Shown here: positions 50,729 to 60,801 of the stretch, one piece after another | Layout of the letters: each line of letters begins with the position of its first letter | Position numbering within the stretch: position 1 is the first letter of the stretch | Assembly: GCA_030530605.1 (NCBI GenBank) | Contig: JAUMUO010000004.1 | Location: 14,631-78,630, forward strand | Length of the DNA: 64,000 bases | Origin: Candidatus Saccharimonadota bacterium | GTDB taxonomy: Bacteria > Patescibacteriota > Saccharimonadia > Saccharimonadales > Saccharimonadaceae | Reading direction: 5' to 3' | The notes under the pieces: generated by a model | What the model saw: only the letters and a program-made list of their open reading frames with translations | Databases searched by the model: none | What the model was told of the DNA's origin: nothing | Position numbers and translations under genes: made by a program

Positions 50729-53700
50729 ATGTCCCCGGAGGTCAAATTAACACCCGTTTCAACCGGCAAAGATTTAAAGCCGTCTGATTTTGTACACCTC
50801 CATAACCACACCCATTACTCTCTTCTTGACGGTCTCACTAAAATCCCAGATTTAATTGATTTTGTTAAATCAGAAGGTATGGAGGCCGTCGCTGTCACCG
50901 ACCACGGCACTATGACCGGCCTAGTTGAACTCTATAAAACCGCAAACGACGCCGGCATCAGGCCCGTCCTCGGGCTTGAAGCTTATGTCGCCGCCCGTAA
51001 ATACACAGACAAAGACCCAGCTCACGACAAAGAGCGCTTTCATATCACTCTTCTCGCTATGAATAATCAGGGCTACGAAAACCTCTGTCGTCTCATGACT
51101 GAAGCCGAAATTAATGGCATGTATTACAAGCCCCGTATCGACCACGATTTGATGGAAAAGTATAACGAGGGCATCATCTGTCTCTCTGGCTGCGCCTCTT
51201 CTGAAATCTCCGTTCGGCTCAAAGAAGGGGATTACGAGGGCGCCAAAAAACTCGTAGACTGGTATGCCAAGACTTTCAAAGACCGTTTTTATCTTGAAAT
51301 GCAAGACCACGGTCATCCCGATTCGCCCACTCACTGGGAGACCCAAAGAAAAATCAATGAAGGTCTCCAAAAAATCGCCAAAGAAACCGGCCTGCCCCTC
51401 ACGGTTACTTGCGATGGCCACTACTTAAAGCACGAAAATCAAGAGGCCCACGAAATTCTCCTCTGTATTGGCACCGCCGCCAACCTCAGCGACCCTAACC
51501 GAATGTCCCTAAAAGATTTCCAACTTCACGTCATCCCACCAAAAGATATTCTCTCCCGCTGGGGTAAAGATTGTCCCGAGGCTGTCAGAAACACTAAGCG
51601 CATCGCCGAACGCTGTAATGTAGATCTTCAGCTTGGCCGCATCCTGATTCCGAAATTCCCAGGCATCCCGGGGGGTCTCAGTGAAAAAGAATACCTAGAC
51701 CAACTAGTTTTTCGTGGTCTAGCCTTCCGTTATGGCGGCAAAACCGAAGAAGAAGCCGAGAAACTCTCTATAAAAGAGTGCCGCAAACTTCTTACTAAAG
51801 AGCAACTGGAAAGAATTGATTACGAGCTTTCCGTAGTGGATAAAATGGGCTACAATGGCTACTTCCTAATCGTCCAAGATTTCATCAACTGGGGCAAAAA
51901 GAAACGTATCGTCTATGGCCCAGGCCGTGGCTCCGCCGCCGGTTCACTCCTCGCCTACGCCCTCAGAATTACCGAGCTCGACCCCTTAAAATACGACCTG
52001 TTCTTCGAGCGTTTTCTGAACCCAGACCGTATCTCTATGCCAGATATTGATACCGACATCCAAGATACCCGCCGCGACGAGGTTATCCAATACTGTACTG
52101 AGAAATACGGCCGCGGCCGCGTCTCCAACATCGTCACTTTTGGTAAAATGATGGGGAAGACCGCCGTTCGCGACGTTGCTAGAGTCCTTGAAGTCCCTTA
52201 TGCGGAATCGGACCGCATCGCTAAATTAGTCCCGGATCCTACTATGGGTCACCACGTCCCTCTTAAAGAAGCCATCGTAAATGTCCCCGACCTTAAAAAT
52301 GAATACGAAACCAACCCCACCGCAAAAGAAGTCATTGATTTTGCGATGCAGCTCGAAGGCACCATCCGCTCACACGGTGTTCACGCCTGCGGCGTAGTGA
52401 TTGCCCCGGACGACCTCGTCAAATTCCTTCCCCTTGAAGTATCCAGAAAACAGACTAACGGCGAACAAACCCTCGCCGCCCAATTCCCAATGACTCAAAT
52501 TGAGGAGCTCGGCCTGCTTAAAATGGACTTTCTCGGCCTTTCTAACCTTTCCGTGATTAACAACACCCTCCGGATGGTCCGCAAAGTCTACGGCAAAGAC
52601 CTTGATATGTACCAGCTCCCGCTTGACGACCCCGAAACTTACGCATTGCTCCAACGCGCCGAGACCACCGGTGTCTTCCAGCTTGAATCTGCCGGTATGA
52701 AACGCTATCTAAAAGACCTCAAAGCCTCGCGTTTTGAAGATATTATCGCTATGGTAGCGCTCTATCGCCCTGGTCCGATGCAATTTATTGACAGTTTCAT
52801 TAGAAGAAAGCACGGCAAAGAGCCTATCACCTATCTCCACCCCGGTCTAGAAAGCGCCCTGAAAGACACTTATGGCATCCTGATTTACCAAGAGCAGTTC
52901 ATGCAGATTTCTCGGAGCTGGTGCGGCTTCACCGGCGGCCAGGCTGATACCTTAAGAAAAGCCGTTGGTAAAAAGAAGATCAAATTGATGGAAGAGGTTA
53001 AGCCACAGTTCATCAAAGGTGCCGTCGAAGTCGGTGGCGCGACCGAAGAAATCGCCGAAACTTTCTGGTCCCAGCTACTTGATTTTGCGAACTACTGTTT
53101 CAACAAGTCCCACGCCGCGTGCTACGCCCTGATTGCTTATTGGACTGCCTATCTCAAAGCCCACTTTCCAGACGCTTTTATGGCCGCCCTGATGACCGCC
53201 GATATGCGCTGGACCGACCGCCTCGCGATTGAGATTTCCGAATGTAAAAAAATGGGTCTTAAAGTCCTCGGCCCAGACATTAACCAGTCTTACGGCGACT
53301 TTGGTATCGTCAAAGGCGAGAAGACTATTCGTTTTGGCCTCTCCGGTATCAAATCTATGGGCAAAGCCCTAGTTGAAGAAGAAGTCATCCCCGAACGTGA
53401 CAAAAACGGCCCCTTCAAATCCGTCTGTGACTTTGCTTCCAGAGTAAATTGTACCAAGTTCAACAAACGATCCTGGGAAGCCGCCATCAAAACCGGTGCT
53501 TTTGACCGCTTCAATGACCGCTCCGATTTACTTTATAACCTAGAGACCATCCAGGCTTATGGCACTAAAGTTCAAAAAGATAGAGCCTCTGGTCAGACCG
53601 ACTTATTCTCGGCCTTTGGCGATGCCGGCGCCGTGCCAGAACCAGAAATCAAACAAGCCCCGGTCAAAGCCTCTGAAAAAGAGCAGCTTCTTTGGGAAAG

Positions 53701-54463
53701 AGATTTGATGGGTCTTTATCTTTCCGCTCACCCACTCGATAAATACGATACTTTCTTTGAAGAACAGTGTCACCCATTCTCTATGGTCTGCGCCGAGAAC
53801 AACGACAAAATTGTCTCTATCGGTGGCATTATCACCGATGTCCGCACTATTTTGACCAAGTCTCAAAGCAAAATGGCCTTTGTTAAAATTGAAAATAAAT
53901 CTGGCGAGCAAGAAATCGTGGTCTTTCCGAGTGTTTTTGAAGAGTGCGGCGCCAAGCTCGTCCAGGATAATGTCATTAAATGTACTGGCCGCGTCAATGC
54001 TACCGACAAAAACGGCAACATCGTCTCCGACGTCAAGGTTCTAGCCGAAAATATCGAACTTATTGCCGACGAAACCCTCACGAGTTACAAGCCCACCGGC
54101 CAAAAACTCGCCGCCCCCAAATCTGCCCCTCGCCGTGGCGGTAAAAAGAGTTATACCTCTTCTGAACGCGTAAAAAGAAATTTCGAAAAACCGGTGGAAG
54201 AGCCTCTAAAGCCCGTTGAAAAGCCCAAAGACCACTCAAACGAGAAACTCTGGTGTCTCATCAAAGACCCCGATAACACTGAAATCCTAAACGAAATTAA
54301 ACATCTCTGTGATTTACATCCCGGCCTGAACGAGATTATCTTGGTGCTTGAGGAGAATGGCGAGAAAAAGCCTCTGCGCCTTCCGTTCAAGATTGAACTT
54401 TCCGACGAACTTATCAAACCCCTCACCAAGCTCCTAAGCAACGACGCTGTAAAAGTAAAATAA
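50729..54463 (+). CDS. dnaE: DNA polymerase III alpha subunit
   Basis: PHP HLHNHTHYSLLDG, GPGRGSAAGS, MPDIDTD, KMDFLGL, FNKSH; start at ATG 50729. Confidence 0.97.
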   Translation: MSPEVKLTPVSTGKDLKPSDFVHLHNHTHYSLLDGLTKIPDLIDFVKSEGMEAVAVTDHGTMTGLVELYKTANDAGIRPVLGLEAYVAARKYTDKDPAHDKERFHITLLAMNNQGYENLCRLMTEAEINGMYYKPRIDHDLMEKYNEGIICLSGCASSEISVRLKEGDYEGAKKLVDWYAKTFKDRFYLEMQDHGHPDSPTHWETQRKINEGLQKIAKETGLPLTVTCDGHYLKHENQEAHEILLCIGTAANLSDPNRMSLKDFQLHVIPPKDILSRWGKDCPEAVRNTKRIAERCNVDLQLGRILIPKFPGIPGGLSEKEYLDQLVFRGLAFRYGGKTEEEAEKLSIKECRKLLTKEQLERIDYELSVVDKMGYNGYFLIVQDFINWGKKKRIVYGPGRGSAAGSLLAYALRITELDPLKYDLFFERFLNPDRISMPDIDTDIQDTRRDEVIQYCTEKYGRGRVSNIVTFGKMMGKTAVRDVARVLEVPYAESDRIAKLVPDPTMGHHVPLKEAIVNVPDLKNEYETNPTAKEVIDFAMQLEGTIRSHGVHACGVVIAPDDLVKFLPLEVSRKQTNGEQTLAAQFPMTQIEELGLLKMDFLGLSNLSVINNTLRMVRKVYGKDLDMYQLPLDDPETYALLQRAETTGVFQLESAGMKRYLKDLKASRFEDIIAMVALYRPGPMQFIDSFIRRKHGKEPITYLHPGLESALKDTYGILIYQEQFMQISRSWCGFTGGQADTLRKAVGKKKIKLMEEVKPQFIKGAVEVGGATEEIAETFWSQLLDFANYCFNKSHAACYALIAYWTAYLKAHFPDAFMAALMTADMRWTDRLAIEISECKKMGLKVLGPDINQSYGDFGIVKGEKTIRFGLSGIKSMGKALVEEEVIPERDKNGPFKSVCDFASRVNCTKFNKRSWEAAIKTGAFDRFNDRSDLLYNLETIQAYGTKVQKDRASGQTDLFSAFGDAGAVPEPEIKQAPVKASEKEQLLWERDLMGLYLSAHPLDKYDTFFEEQCHPFSMVCAENNDKIVSIGGIITDVRTILTKSQSKMAFVKIENKSGEQEIVVFPSVFEECGAKLVQDNVIKCTGRVNATDKNGNIVSDVKVLAENIELIADETLTSYKPTGQKLAAPKSAPRRGGKKSYTSSERVKRNFEKPVEEPLKPVEKPKDHSNEKLWCLIKDPDNTEILNEIKHLCDLHPGLNEIILVLEENGEKKPLRLPFKIELSDELIKPLTKLLSNDAVKVK

Positions 54464-54514
54464 ACATCAAATCTGTGGTATAATTATAAGAAGTTATAAT
54501 ACGCGAGGATTTTT

Positions 54515-56890
54515 ATGGACAAATACGACCCAATTAAAATTGAAGAAAAATGGCAAAAGAAATGGGAAGAGGAAGATGCTTTTAAGGCCAGCGAAAACGG
54601 CCTCAAGACTAAAGACGGTCGCCCAAAGGCTAAGATGTTCCTAGCCGAGATGTTCCCGTATCCTTCTGGTGCCGGTCTTCACGTTGGTCACGTCCGCAAC
54701 TTTACCATCGTCGATGTCCTTACTCGCTTCTACCGCCAACAGGAAATGAATGTCCTACGCCCCTTTGGCTACGATACTTTTGGCCTCCCTGCGGAAAACT
54801 ATGCCATCAAAACCGGCATCTCTCCTCAATCCGCGACCGAAACCAACATTAATAACTTTAGAAAACAGGCCAAGCGCCTCGGCCTCGCGATTGACTGGTC
54901 TAGAGAAATCAACACTAGTGATCCAGAATACTACAAATGGACCCAGTGGTGCTTCCTTCAGCTCTACAAAAAAGGCCTCGCCTATCGTAAAGAATCTGAA
55001 CAGTGGTGGTGTCCAGTAGACCAGACCGTCCTTGCCAACGAACAGGTTGAAGGCGGCAAATGTTGGCGCTGTGGTCACGAAGTTGAAAAGAAGAAGATGA
55101 AACAGTGGTTCTTCAAAATCACCGACTACGCTGATGAACTCTTAAACGACGTCGACGCTCTTGACTGGCCCGAAAAGATCAAAACTATGCAGAAGAACTG
55201 GATTGGCCGCAGCGAAGGTGCCGAGATAGAATTTGATAACATCACTGTCTTTACCACTCGCCCAGATACCATCTTTGGTGCCACCTTCCTCGTCCTTGCC
55301 CCGGAACATCCTTTGGTCGCCGAACTCGTCACCGACGAAACTAGAGCAAAAGTCGAAGCCTACATCAAAGAAACTCAAAAGAAGTCCGATATTGAACGCC
55401 AAGAAAACAAGGAAAAAACCGGCGTCTTTACTGGCTCATACGTCAAAAACCCAGCCACCGGCGAAGAAATCCCGGTCTGGGTCGCTGATTATGTCCTAAT
55501 GGGTTACGGCACTGGTGCCATTATGGCCGTTCCTGCTCACGATGACAGAGATTACGAGTTTGCCGAAAAATTCAATCTCCCGATTAAAACCGTCATTGAA
55601 AAACCTGAAGACAGCGAGGATGACGATAAATGCTACCACGGCGAAGGTAAATTAGTTAATTCCGGCCAGTTTAACGATACTGATTCCTACGATGCTAGAG
55701 AACAAGTCGTGGCTTGGCTAGAGAGCCAAGGTGTCGGAAAGAGCAAAGTCACCTACAAGATGCGCGACTGGCTGATTTCTCGCCAACGCTACTGGGGCTG
55801 CCCGATTCCTATTGCCTATGATAAAAATGGCGACCCCCATCCGATTCCAGAAGACCAACTCCCGGTCATAATTCCTGAAGTCAAAGATTACCAGCCTGAC
55901 AACTCTGGCCGTTCCGCCCTCGCCAAGGCCAAAGATTGGCTCAAAGTCACCATCGACGGCGAAGAAATGACTAGAGAAACCGACACGCTAGATGGCTACG
56001 CCTGTTCCTCCTGGTATCTCTGGCGCTACGTCTCCCCGCACGACGACAAAGCCGCCTGGGACCAGGATGCCATTAAATACTGGGCCCCGACCGATATTTA
56101 CGTTGGTGGCGACCACGCTGTTGCTCACCTCTTATACATCCGCTTCTGGTGTAAATTCTTTAACGACCAAGGTCTTCTACCGTTCAGAGAACCGGTTAAA
56201 ACCTTGCTTTACAACGGCTACATCAACGCCCCCGACGGCAAGAAGATGAGCAAGTCCAAGGGTAATGTTATCGATCCGCTTGACGTCATTAATTCCGGCT
56301 ACGGTGCCGATACTCTGAGAACCTATGAAATGTTCATCGGCCCTTACGACCAAGATGCCGCCTGGGATACCAATAGTATCGGCGGTGTCTACCGCTTCCT
56401 AAACCGCTGCTGGACTCTCTGTTTCGAAAGTGAACCCACTAACGATAATAAAATTATCCGAAATAAAACCGTCAAGCGCGTCACCGAGGACCTCCACCGC
56501 CGCAGCTTCAACACCGCCGTCGCCGCCCTTATGGAATATGTCAATGAGCTTTACAAATCCGGCGCCAGCAAAGAGGATGTCATTACTCTCGCAAAACTCC
56601 TCGGGCCGTTCGCTCCGCATCTCTCCGCTGAAATGCTTGAACACCTAAACTCCGACGACGTCTGGCCAACCTGGGACGAAAAGGCCCTTGTAGAAGACGA
56701 GGTAGAAATCGTCGTCCAGGTCAACGGCAAACTTCGCGCCAAGATTAAGGTCAGCACTGAGGATGCCGAGACTCAGGCCATCGTAGAAGGCATTGCTCTC
56801 CAAAACGAGAACGTTAAGAAATTCGTAAGCGGCGCTCCGAAGAAAACCATCTATGTTGAAAAAGCTAAGCTCTTAAATATCGTAGCCTAA
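54515..56890 (+). CDS. leuS: Leucine--tRNA ligase
   Basis: MFPYPSGAGLHVGH, FTTRPDT, GTGAIMAVPAHD, KMSKS. Confidence 0.98.
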   Translation: MDKYDPIKIEEKWQKKWEEEDAFKASENGLKTKDGRPKAKMFLAEMFPYPSGAGLHVGHVRNFTIVDVLTRFYRQQEMNVLRPFGYDTFGLPAENYAIKTGISPQSATETNINNFRKQAKRLGLAIDWSREINTSDPEYYKWTQWCFLQLYKKGLAYRKESEQWWCPVDQTVLANEQVEGGKCWRCGHEVEKKKMKQWFFKITDYADELLNDVDALDWPEKIKTMQKNWIGRSEGAEIEFDNITVFTTRPDTIFGATFLVLAPEHPLVAELVTDETRAKVEAYIKETQKKSDIERQENKEKTGVFTGSYVKNPATGEEIPVWVADYVLMGYGTGAIMAVPAHDDRDYEFAEKFNLPIKTVIEKPEDSEDDDKCYHGEGKLVNSGQFNDTDSYDAREQVVAWLESQGVGKSKVTYKMRDWLISRQRYWGCPIPIAYDKNGDPHPIPEDQLPVIIPEVKDYQPDNSGRSALAKAKDWLKVTIDGEEMTRETDTLDGYACSSWYLWRYVSPHDDKAAWDQDAIKYWAPTDIYVGGDHAVAHLLYIRFWCKFFNDQGLLPFREPVKTLLYNGYINAPDGKKMSKSKGNVIDPLDVINSGYGADTLRTYEMFIGPYDQDAAWDTNSIGGVYRFLNRCWTLCFESEPTNDNKIIRNKTVKRVTEDLHRRSFNTAVAALMEYVNELYKSGASKEDVITLAKLLGPFAPHLSAEMLEHLNSDDVWPTWDEKALVEDEVEIVVQVNGKLRAKIKVSTEDAETQAIVEGIALQNENVKKFVSGAPKKTIYVEKAKLLNIVA

Positions 56891-57374
56891 ACAGCGCCAT
56901 CCCCGCCGCCACCGAAACATTAAACGACTCTTTTTGACCTTCCATCGGAATTTCCAAAAATAAATCTATGCGGTCATAAAGTTCCGGCGAAATCCCTTCC
57001 ACTTCCTCGCCCAAAACCAAGACCACCTTATCAGAAATCAAAGTAGGAAGCCCTGAATCGGAAAGCAAAACCGTTTCTTTTTCTAAATTATTTTCAAGTC
57101 CTAAAATCTGATAACCATCTTCCCTAAGCTTCGTCAAACTCTTTGAAATATCGGAAGCCCAAGAAGTAGGAACCATCTTTTCCGCCCCCAGCGCCGACTT
57201 ATGAATCTGGCGCTCTAACTTAGAAGCAAGATGTGGTAATACTCCCGGCTTATCAAACCACGGTGTATAACCCGAACAAATCACCCGCGATACTCCCAGC
57301 CCTTCGGCTGTGCGCAAAATCGCCCCCACATTATAAGTCGAACGAATATTATGAAGCGCGAGCACAATTTCCAT
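56865..57374 (-). CDS. TrmH/SpoU RNA methyltransferase
   Basis: LHNIRSTYNVGAILRTAE, LGEEVEG, IPM.G..ESFNVSVA. Confidence 0.92.
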   Translation of the reverse strand: MEIVLALHNIRSTYNVGAILRTAEGLGVSRVICSGYTPWFDKPGVLPHLASKLERQIHKSALGAEKMVPTSWASDISKSLTKLREDGYQILGLENNLEKETVLLSDSGLPTLISDKVVLVLGEEVEGISPELYDRIDLFLEIPMEGQKESFNVSVAAGMALFRLRYLRA

Positions 57375-57482
57375 AGAGTCTATTATACAACAAAAACCCC
57401 TAAAAACTTAAAATTCAGGCTTGCCACCATAAAAATCTTGTGATATGATAGTAGGTAAGTTATAGAATAATAGGAGCATAAA

Positions 57483-57659
57483 ATGCCAGAACCTAAAAAA
57501 CAGAGCAGCCCTCGGAAGACCGGTCTTCGCCGGAGTCATCTCCGTTTGAAGCTTGCTCGTAGTGTTAACAAGAAGTCCGCAGTCAAGGCTTTTGAAACTG
57601 CGAAGAAAACCCCTAATTTGAAGGTTAAAACCGTTAAAGTTAAGGCAAAGAAGAAGTAA
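57483..57659 (+). CDS. rpmF: 50S ribosomal protein L32 (Cys-free form)
   Basis: Manual translation MPEPKKQSSPRKTGLRRSHLRLKLAR...KAKKK (58 aa, below ORF-track cutoff); GGAG SD; precedes nusB. Confidence 0.85.
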   Translation: MPEPKKQSSPRKTGLRRSHLRLKLARSVNKKSAVKAFETAKKTPNLKVKTVKVKAKKK

Positions 57660-57662
57660 TTT

Positions 57663-58220
57663 ATGGCAAGTAATCGGCATTTAGGTAGAATTATATCTCT
57701 CCAGAGCTTGTACGAATATGAGTTCCGGAGTAAGGCGGGCGATACTACGGCCGACATTGATACGATTATTGCTAAAAATATCGAGCCCTATGAAAAAGCT
57801 CTGGGTGATACCGAGTTCGTTTACACTCTTACGCACGGCGTAGTCAAAGAGCTAAAACACCTAGATGAGGCTCTTCAGCCCATCGCTCCAGAGTGGCCTA
57901 TTGCCAGTATTGCGGCTATTGATCGCAATACTCTACGCATTGGCTATTATGAGCTCGAGTTTTCCAGCGATACCGTACCGCCAAAAGTTGCCATCAACGA
58001 AGCCGTAGAGCTTGCCAAAGCTTTCGGTTCAGACAACTCTTCTAAATTTATCAATGGAGTTTTGGGGACAGCCTTGAAACAGCTTCACCCCGATTTTAAG
58101 GATACAAATGAACAATCAAACCAGGATGACAAGACGGCCTCTGCCAGCGGAAAAAAGACCGCTAGGAAGAAACCCGAATCCAACCAGACAGCGAAAGATT
58201 CCGGAGGCTCTGCCGACTAA
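57663..58220 (+). CDS. nusB: Transcription antitermination factor NusB
   Basis: RH..R...[34 protein letters not shown]. Confidence 0.95.
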   Translation: MASNRHLGRIISLQSLYEYEFRSKAGDTTADIDTIIAKNIEPYEKALGDTEFVYTLTHGVVKELKHLDEALQPIAPEWPIASIAAIDRNTLRIGYYELEFSSDTVPPKVAINEAVELAKAFGSDNSSKFINGVLGTALKQLHPDFKDTNEQSNQDDKTASASGKKTARKKPESNQTAKDSGGSAD

Positions 58221-58722
58221 ATCTTACAAAGAATCTCCGTTTTCAAAGCTAAAAAATTCAGTTTTCAGGAAGAAACCCGCGATTAAAGAAATCGTACGCG
58301 AGCCAACTTCTGGTGGCATCGTTTTCCGGATGAGCCGCGATAACAAAGACATAGAGGTCTTATTAATTCAAGATTCTAAAAATCGTTGGACCATCCCGAA
58401 AGGCCATATCGAGCCAGGTGAAACCGCCAAAGTCACCGCCGTGCGCGAAATCGGCGAAGAGGCCGGTCTTCATCACGTAGAAGTCTTAACTTGGCTCGGC
58501 AAAATTCATTTCAAATATCGCCGTATGGACAAGCTCGTTCTTATGACCACCCAGATTTACCTAGTTCGCGCCTTAGATTCTCACGAGGTCCCCACTAAAG
58601 AAAAGTGGATGAACGGTATTAAGTGGTTCAAATTTAACGACGCTCTAGATGCTATCGAATATGAAGATATCGAAAAACTTATGCTAATTGCTAAAAAGAA
58701 AATTCGCGCAGGAGAGGTATAA
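58108..58722 (+). CDS. NUDIX hydrolase
   Basis: [28 protein letters not shown] box. Confidence 0.9.
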   Translation: MNNQTRMTRRPLPAEKRPLGRNPNPTRQRKIPEALPTKSYKESPFSKLKNSVFRKKPAIKEIVREPTSGGIVFRMSRDNKDIEVLLIQDSKNRWTIPKGHIEPGETAKVTAVREIGEEAGLHHVEVLTWLGKIHFKYRRMDKLVLMTTQIYLVRALDSHEVPTKEKWMNGIKWFKFNDALDAIEYEDIEKLMLIAKKKIRAGEV

Positions 58723-59522
58723 TGAATAACGCTAGTTTTATGACCAAAGAGGAAATCGCTAAATACCAAGATTTCGCTAAAGAAAAACTTGGCTTCAAAT
58801 TCAAGGATCCAAATCTCTTTATTACCGCCCTTACCCATCGAAGTTATGTCAACGAGCATCTCAAAACTTGCCCCGAGCACAACGAGCGCCTAGAGTTTCT
58901 TGGCGACGCTATTTTGGAGCTCGTCAGCTCAGATTTCTTATTTAGAAACTTCAACCAGCCAGAGGGAATTATGACTTCTTGGCGTTCCGCCCTAGTTCGC
59001 ACCGAGTCCATCGGTGACGCCAGCTACAAACTTGGTTACGATTCACTTGTTCGTATGTCTAAAGGGGAGCAGGTTGGTTCCTCTCGCTCTCACGCCGTTA
59101 TTATGGCCGACTGTTTCGAGGCCGTCATTGGCGCAATCTATCTTGATCAAGGTTTCAAAACCGCTCGTGAGTTTATCTATAATCATATTTTAGTTAAAAT
59201 TGACGATGTCATTGAGCGCGAAACTTGGCGCGACCCCAAGTCTTACTTCCAGGAGCTCTCTCAGCATTTTGACGGTGTCGCCCCAGAATATCGCACTTTG
59301 AGAGAAGACGGCCCAGACCACGATAAAACTTTCACCGTTGCCGCCTATGTCAACGGGGAATCAGTCGCCACTGCCTCCGGCCACTCTAAGCAAGAGGCTC
59401 AGGTCGCTTGCGCCGAACAAGCTATCCAGCTTTACCGCAAGAAATACGCCAAAGAATTACCAAAACACGAAATCCCTAAACAACTTTGCCCAGATTGGCT
59501 AAATTCCGCCTACCCAATCTAG
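58722..59522 (+). CDS. rnc: Ribonuclease III
   Basis: ALTHRSY, NERLEFLGDAIL, dsRBD (GPDHDK.F..G.SKQEA). Confidence 0.96.
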   Translation: MNNASFMTKEEIAKYQDFAKEKLGFKFKDPNLFITALTHRSYVNEHLKTCPEHNERLEFLGDAILELVSSDFLFRNFNQPEGIMTSWRSALVRTESIGDASYKLGYDSLVRMSKGEQVGSSRSHAVIMADCFEAVIGAIYLDQGFKTAREFIYNHILVKIDDVIERETWRDPKSYFQELSQHFDGVAPEYRTLREDGPDHDKTFTVAAYVNGESVATASGHSKQEAQVACAEQAIQLYRKKYAKELPKHEIPKQLCPDWLNSAYPI

Positions 59523-59584
59523 GCTTGTCAAAAAAACAAAACTAGTGTATAATCTATACTACTATAAGTTAACAAGGAGAAATT

Positions 59585-59995
59585 ATGCTAGCGATTCGCA
59601 TGCAACGTAATGGCCGAGCGCACTATCCTACGTATCGGATAATCGTCCAAGAAGCGCAGCGCCATCCCCTTTCGGGTCGCGTTGTTGCCGAGGTCGGCAA
59701 TTACAACCCCCAAACTAAACAAACTGTACTCGACAAAGAAAAAATCGAGTTCTATCTTAAAAACGGTGCCCAGCCGAGCTCTCGCGTGGCTCGCGTTCTG
59801 AAGACTAACAAAATCAAGCTTCCAGATTGGTACAAAGAAGCTCCAGAGAAACACTCTGCTGCCAAGCACGCCGACAAGCTTCGCAAGAACCAGCCAAAAG
59901 AAGAGGCTCCTGCTGAAGCCCCAGCTGAAGAAGCTCCTGCCGAAGCTCCGGCTGAAGAAACCCCTGCTGAAGAAAATTCAGAAGCTGAAGCTTAA
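59585..59995 (+). CDS. rpsP: 30S ribosomal protein S16 with acidic EAP-repeat tail
   Basis: IRMQR.GR..P.YRIIV, G.YNP, GAQPS; C-terminal EEAPAEAP repeats. Confidence 0.95.
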   Translation: MLAIRMQRNGRAHYPTYRIIVQEAQRHPLSGRVVAEVGNYNPQTKQTVLDKEKIEFYLKNGAQPSSRVARVLKTNKIKLPDWYKEAPEKHSAAKHADKLRKNQPKEEAPAEAPAEEAPAEAPAEETPAEENSEAEA

Positions 59996-60035
59996 ACGTG
60001 ATATAATAGTATTACAGTAATCAAAGGAAAATCTT

Positions 60036-60440
60036 ATGTCAACTATTGATCAGCAATTCGTAGAATACATCGTCAAAACCCTCGTCAACAATCCTGATAA
60101 AGTTGAAGTTGAACGCACTATTGATGAGAAGGGCGTCTTGCTTGCTCTCACCGTCGCTCCGGAAGATGTCGGCCGTGTAATCGGCAAGCGCGGTGTCACC
60201 GCCCAGTCCATCCGCACCCTTCTTCGCGCCCTCGGCACCAAGAACGATGCTCGTTACAATCTTAAAATCGTCAATTCTGATGAAGGCGCCCCGGCTCGCC
60301 CGGCCGAATCTGCCCAAGTGGAAGAGGCTCCGGTCGTCGAAGAAACTGAAGAAATCACCGAAGTCGAGGAAGAGCCATCTTCCGACCTCGCCGAACGCAC
60401 TCGTTCTGAATTAGCAGACCTAGACGATCTAGATATTTAG
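60036..60440 (+). CDS. KH-domain RNA-binding protein (KhpA-like)
   Basis: DVGRVIGKRG..AQSIRTLL; follows rpsP. Confidence 0.92.
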   Translation: MSTIDQQFVEYIVKTLVNNPDKVEVERTIDEKGVLLALTVAPEDVGRVIGKRGVTAQSIRTLLRALGTKNDARYNLKIVNSDEGAPARPAESAQVEEAPVVEETEEITEVEEEPSSDLAERTRSELADLDDLDI

Positions 60441-60494
60441 AAAAAAGTCCAAAAAAGTACTTGCGCAATTTATCGCGCTCGTGTATAATTAAAT

Positions 60495-60598
60495 TAGTTC
60501 TAAATAAGCTTTAAAACTGCGAGAAATAAAGCTAGAACAACAATCACAAGTTGAGAGTTTATCTATGCTTAACAAGCCGCCCGAGAGGCGGTTTGTTG
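60495..60598 (+). ncRNA. Candidate ~100-nt small RNA or attenuated leader
   Basis: TTGCGC-17-TATAAT (60461-60489), hairpin 60497-60538, terminator 60571-60597; no credible ORF. Confidence 0.35.
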
Positions 60599-60647
60599 GT
60601 TCTCGGCCAAAAATAACAAAAATATCAAAAAATCTTCAAAATCCCCC

Positions 60648-60801
60648 TTGTAAAATTTTACAACCTGCGCTAAAATAATTATTAAGAAGTAGTGTGTCCT
60701 ATTTTTGGGAGTACAGAGAATTAGCGAGGCTCTGTATGAAATAGAGACAGTATTCTTCGGCGCTGAAAGAATATCAAATACACTAATAAAAGAGGTATTA
60801 A
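60648..60801 (+). promoter_or_regulatory. rpoB promoter with palindromic -35 region and structured leader
   Basis: TTGTAA-17-TAAAAT; TTGTAAAATTTTACAA is a perfect palindrome; stems 60690-97/60778-85, 60712-18/60730-36, 60751-57/60767-73. Confidence 0.55.

Noticed and set aside
58701-58724. TATAAT immediately before rnc as a leaderless promoter
   Set aside because: The hexamer overlaps the ATG itself (TATAATG), and a GGAG SD with stop/start overlap explains the junction.
59900-59990. Tandem GAAGAAGCTCCTGCT-like repeats
   Set aside because: Simple EEAPAEAP tail of S16, a common low-complexity extension.
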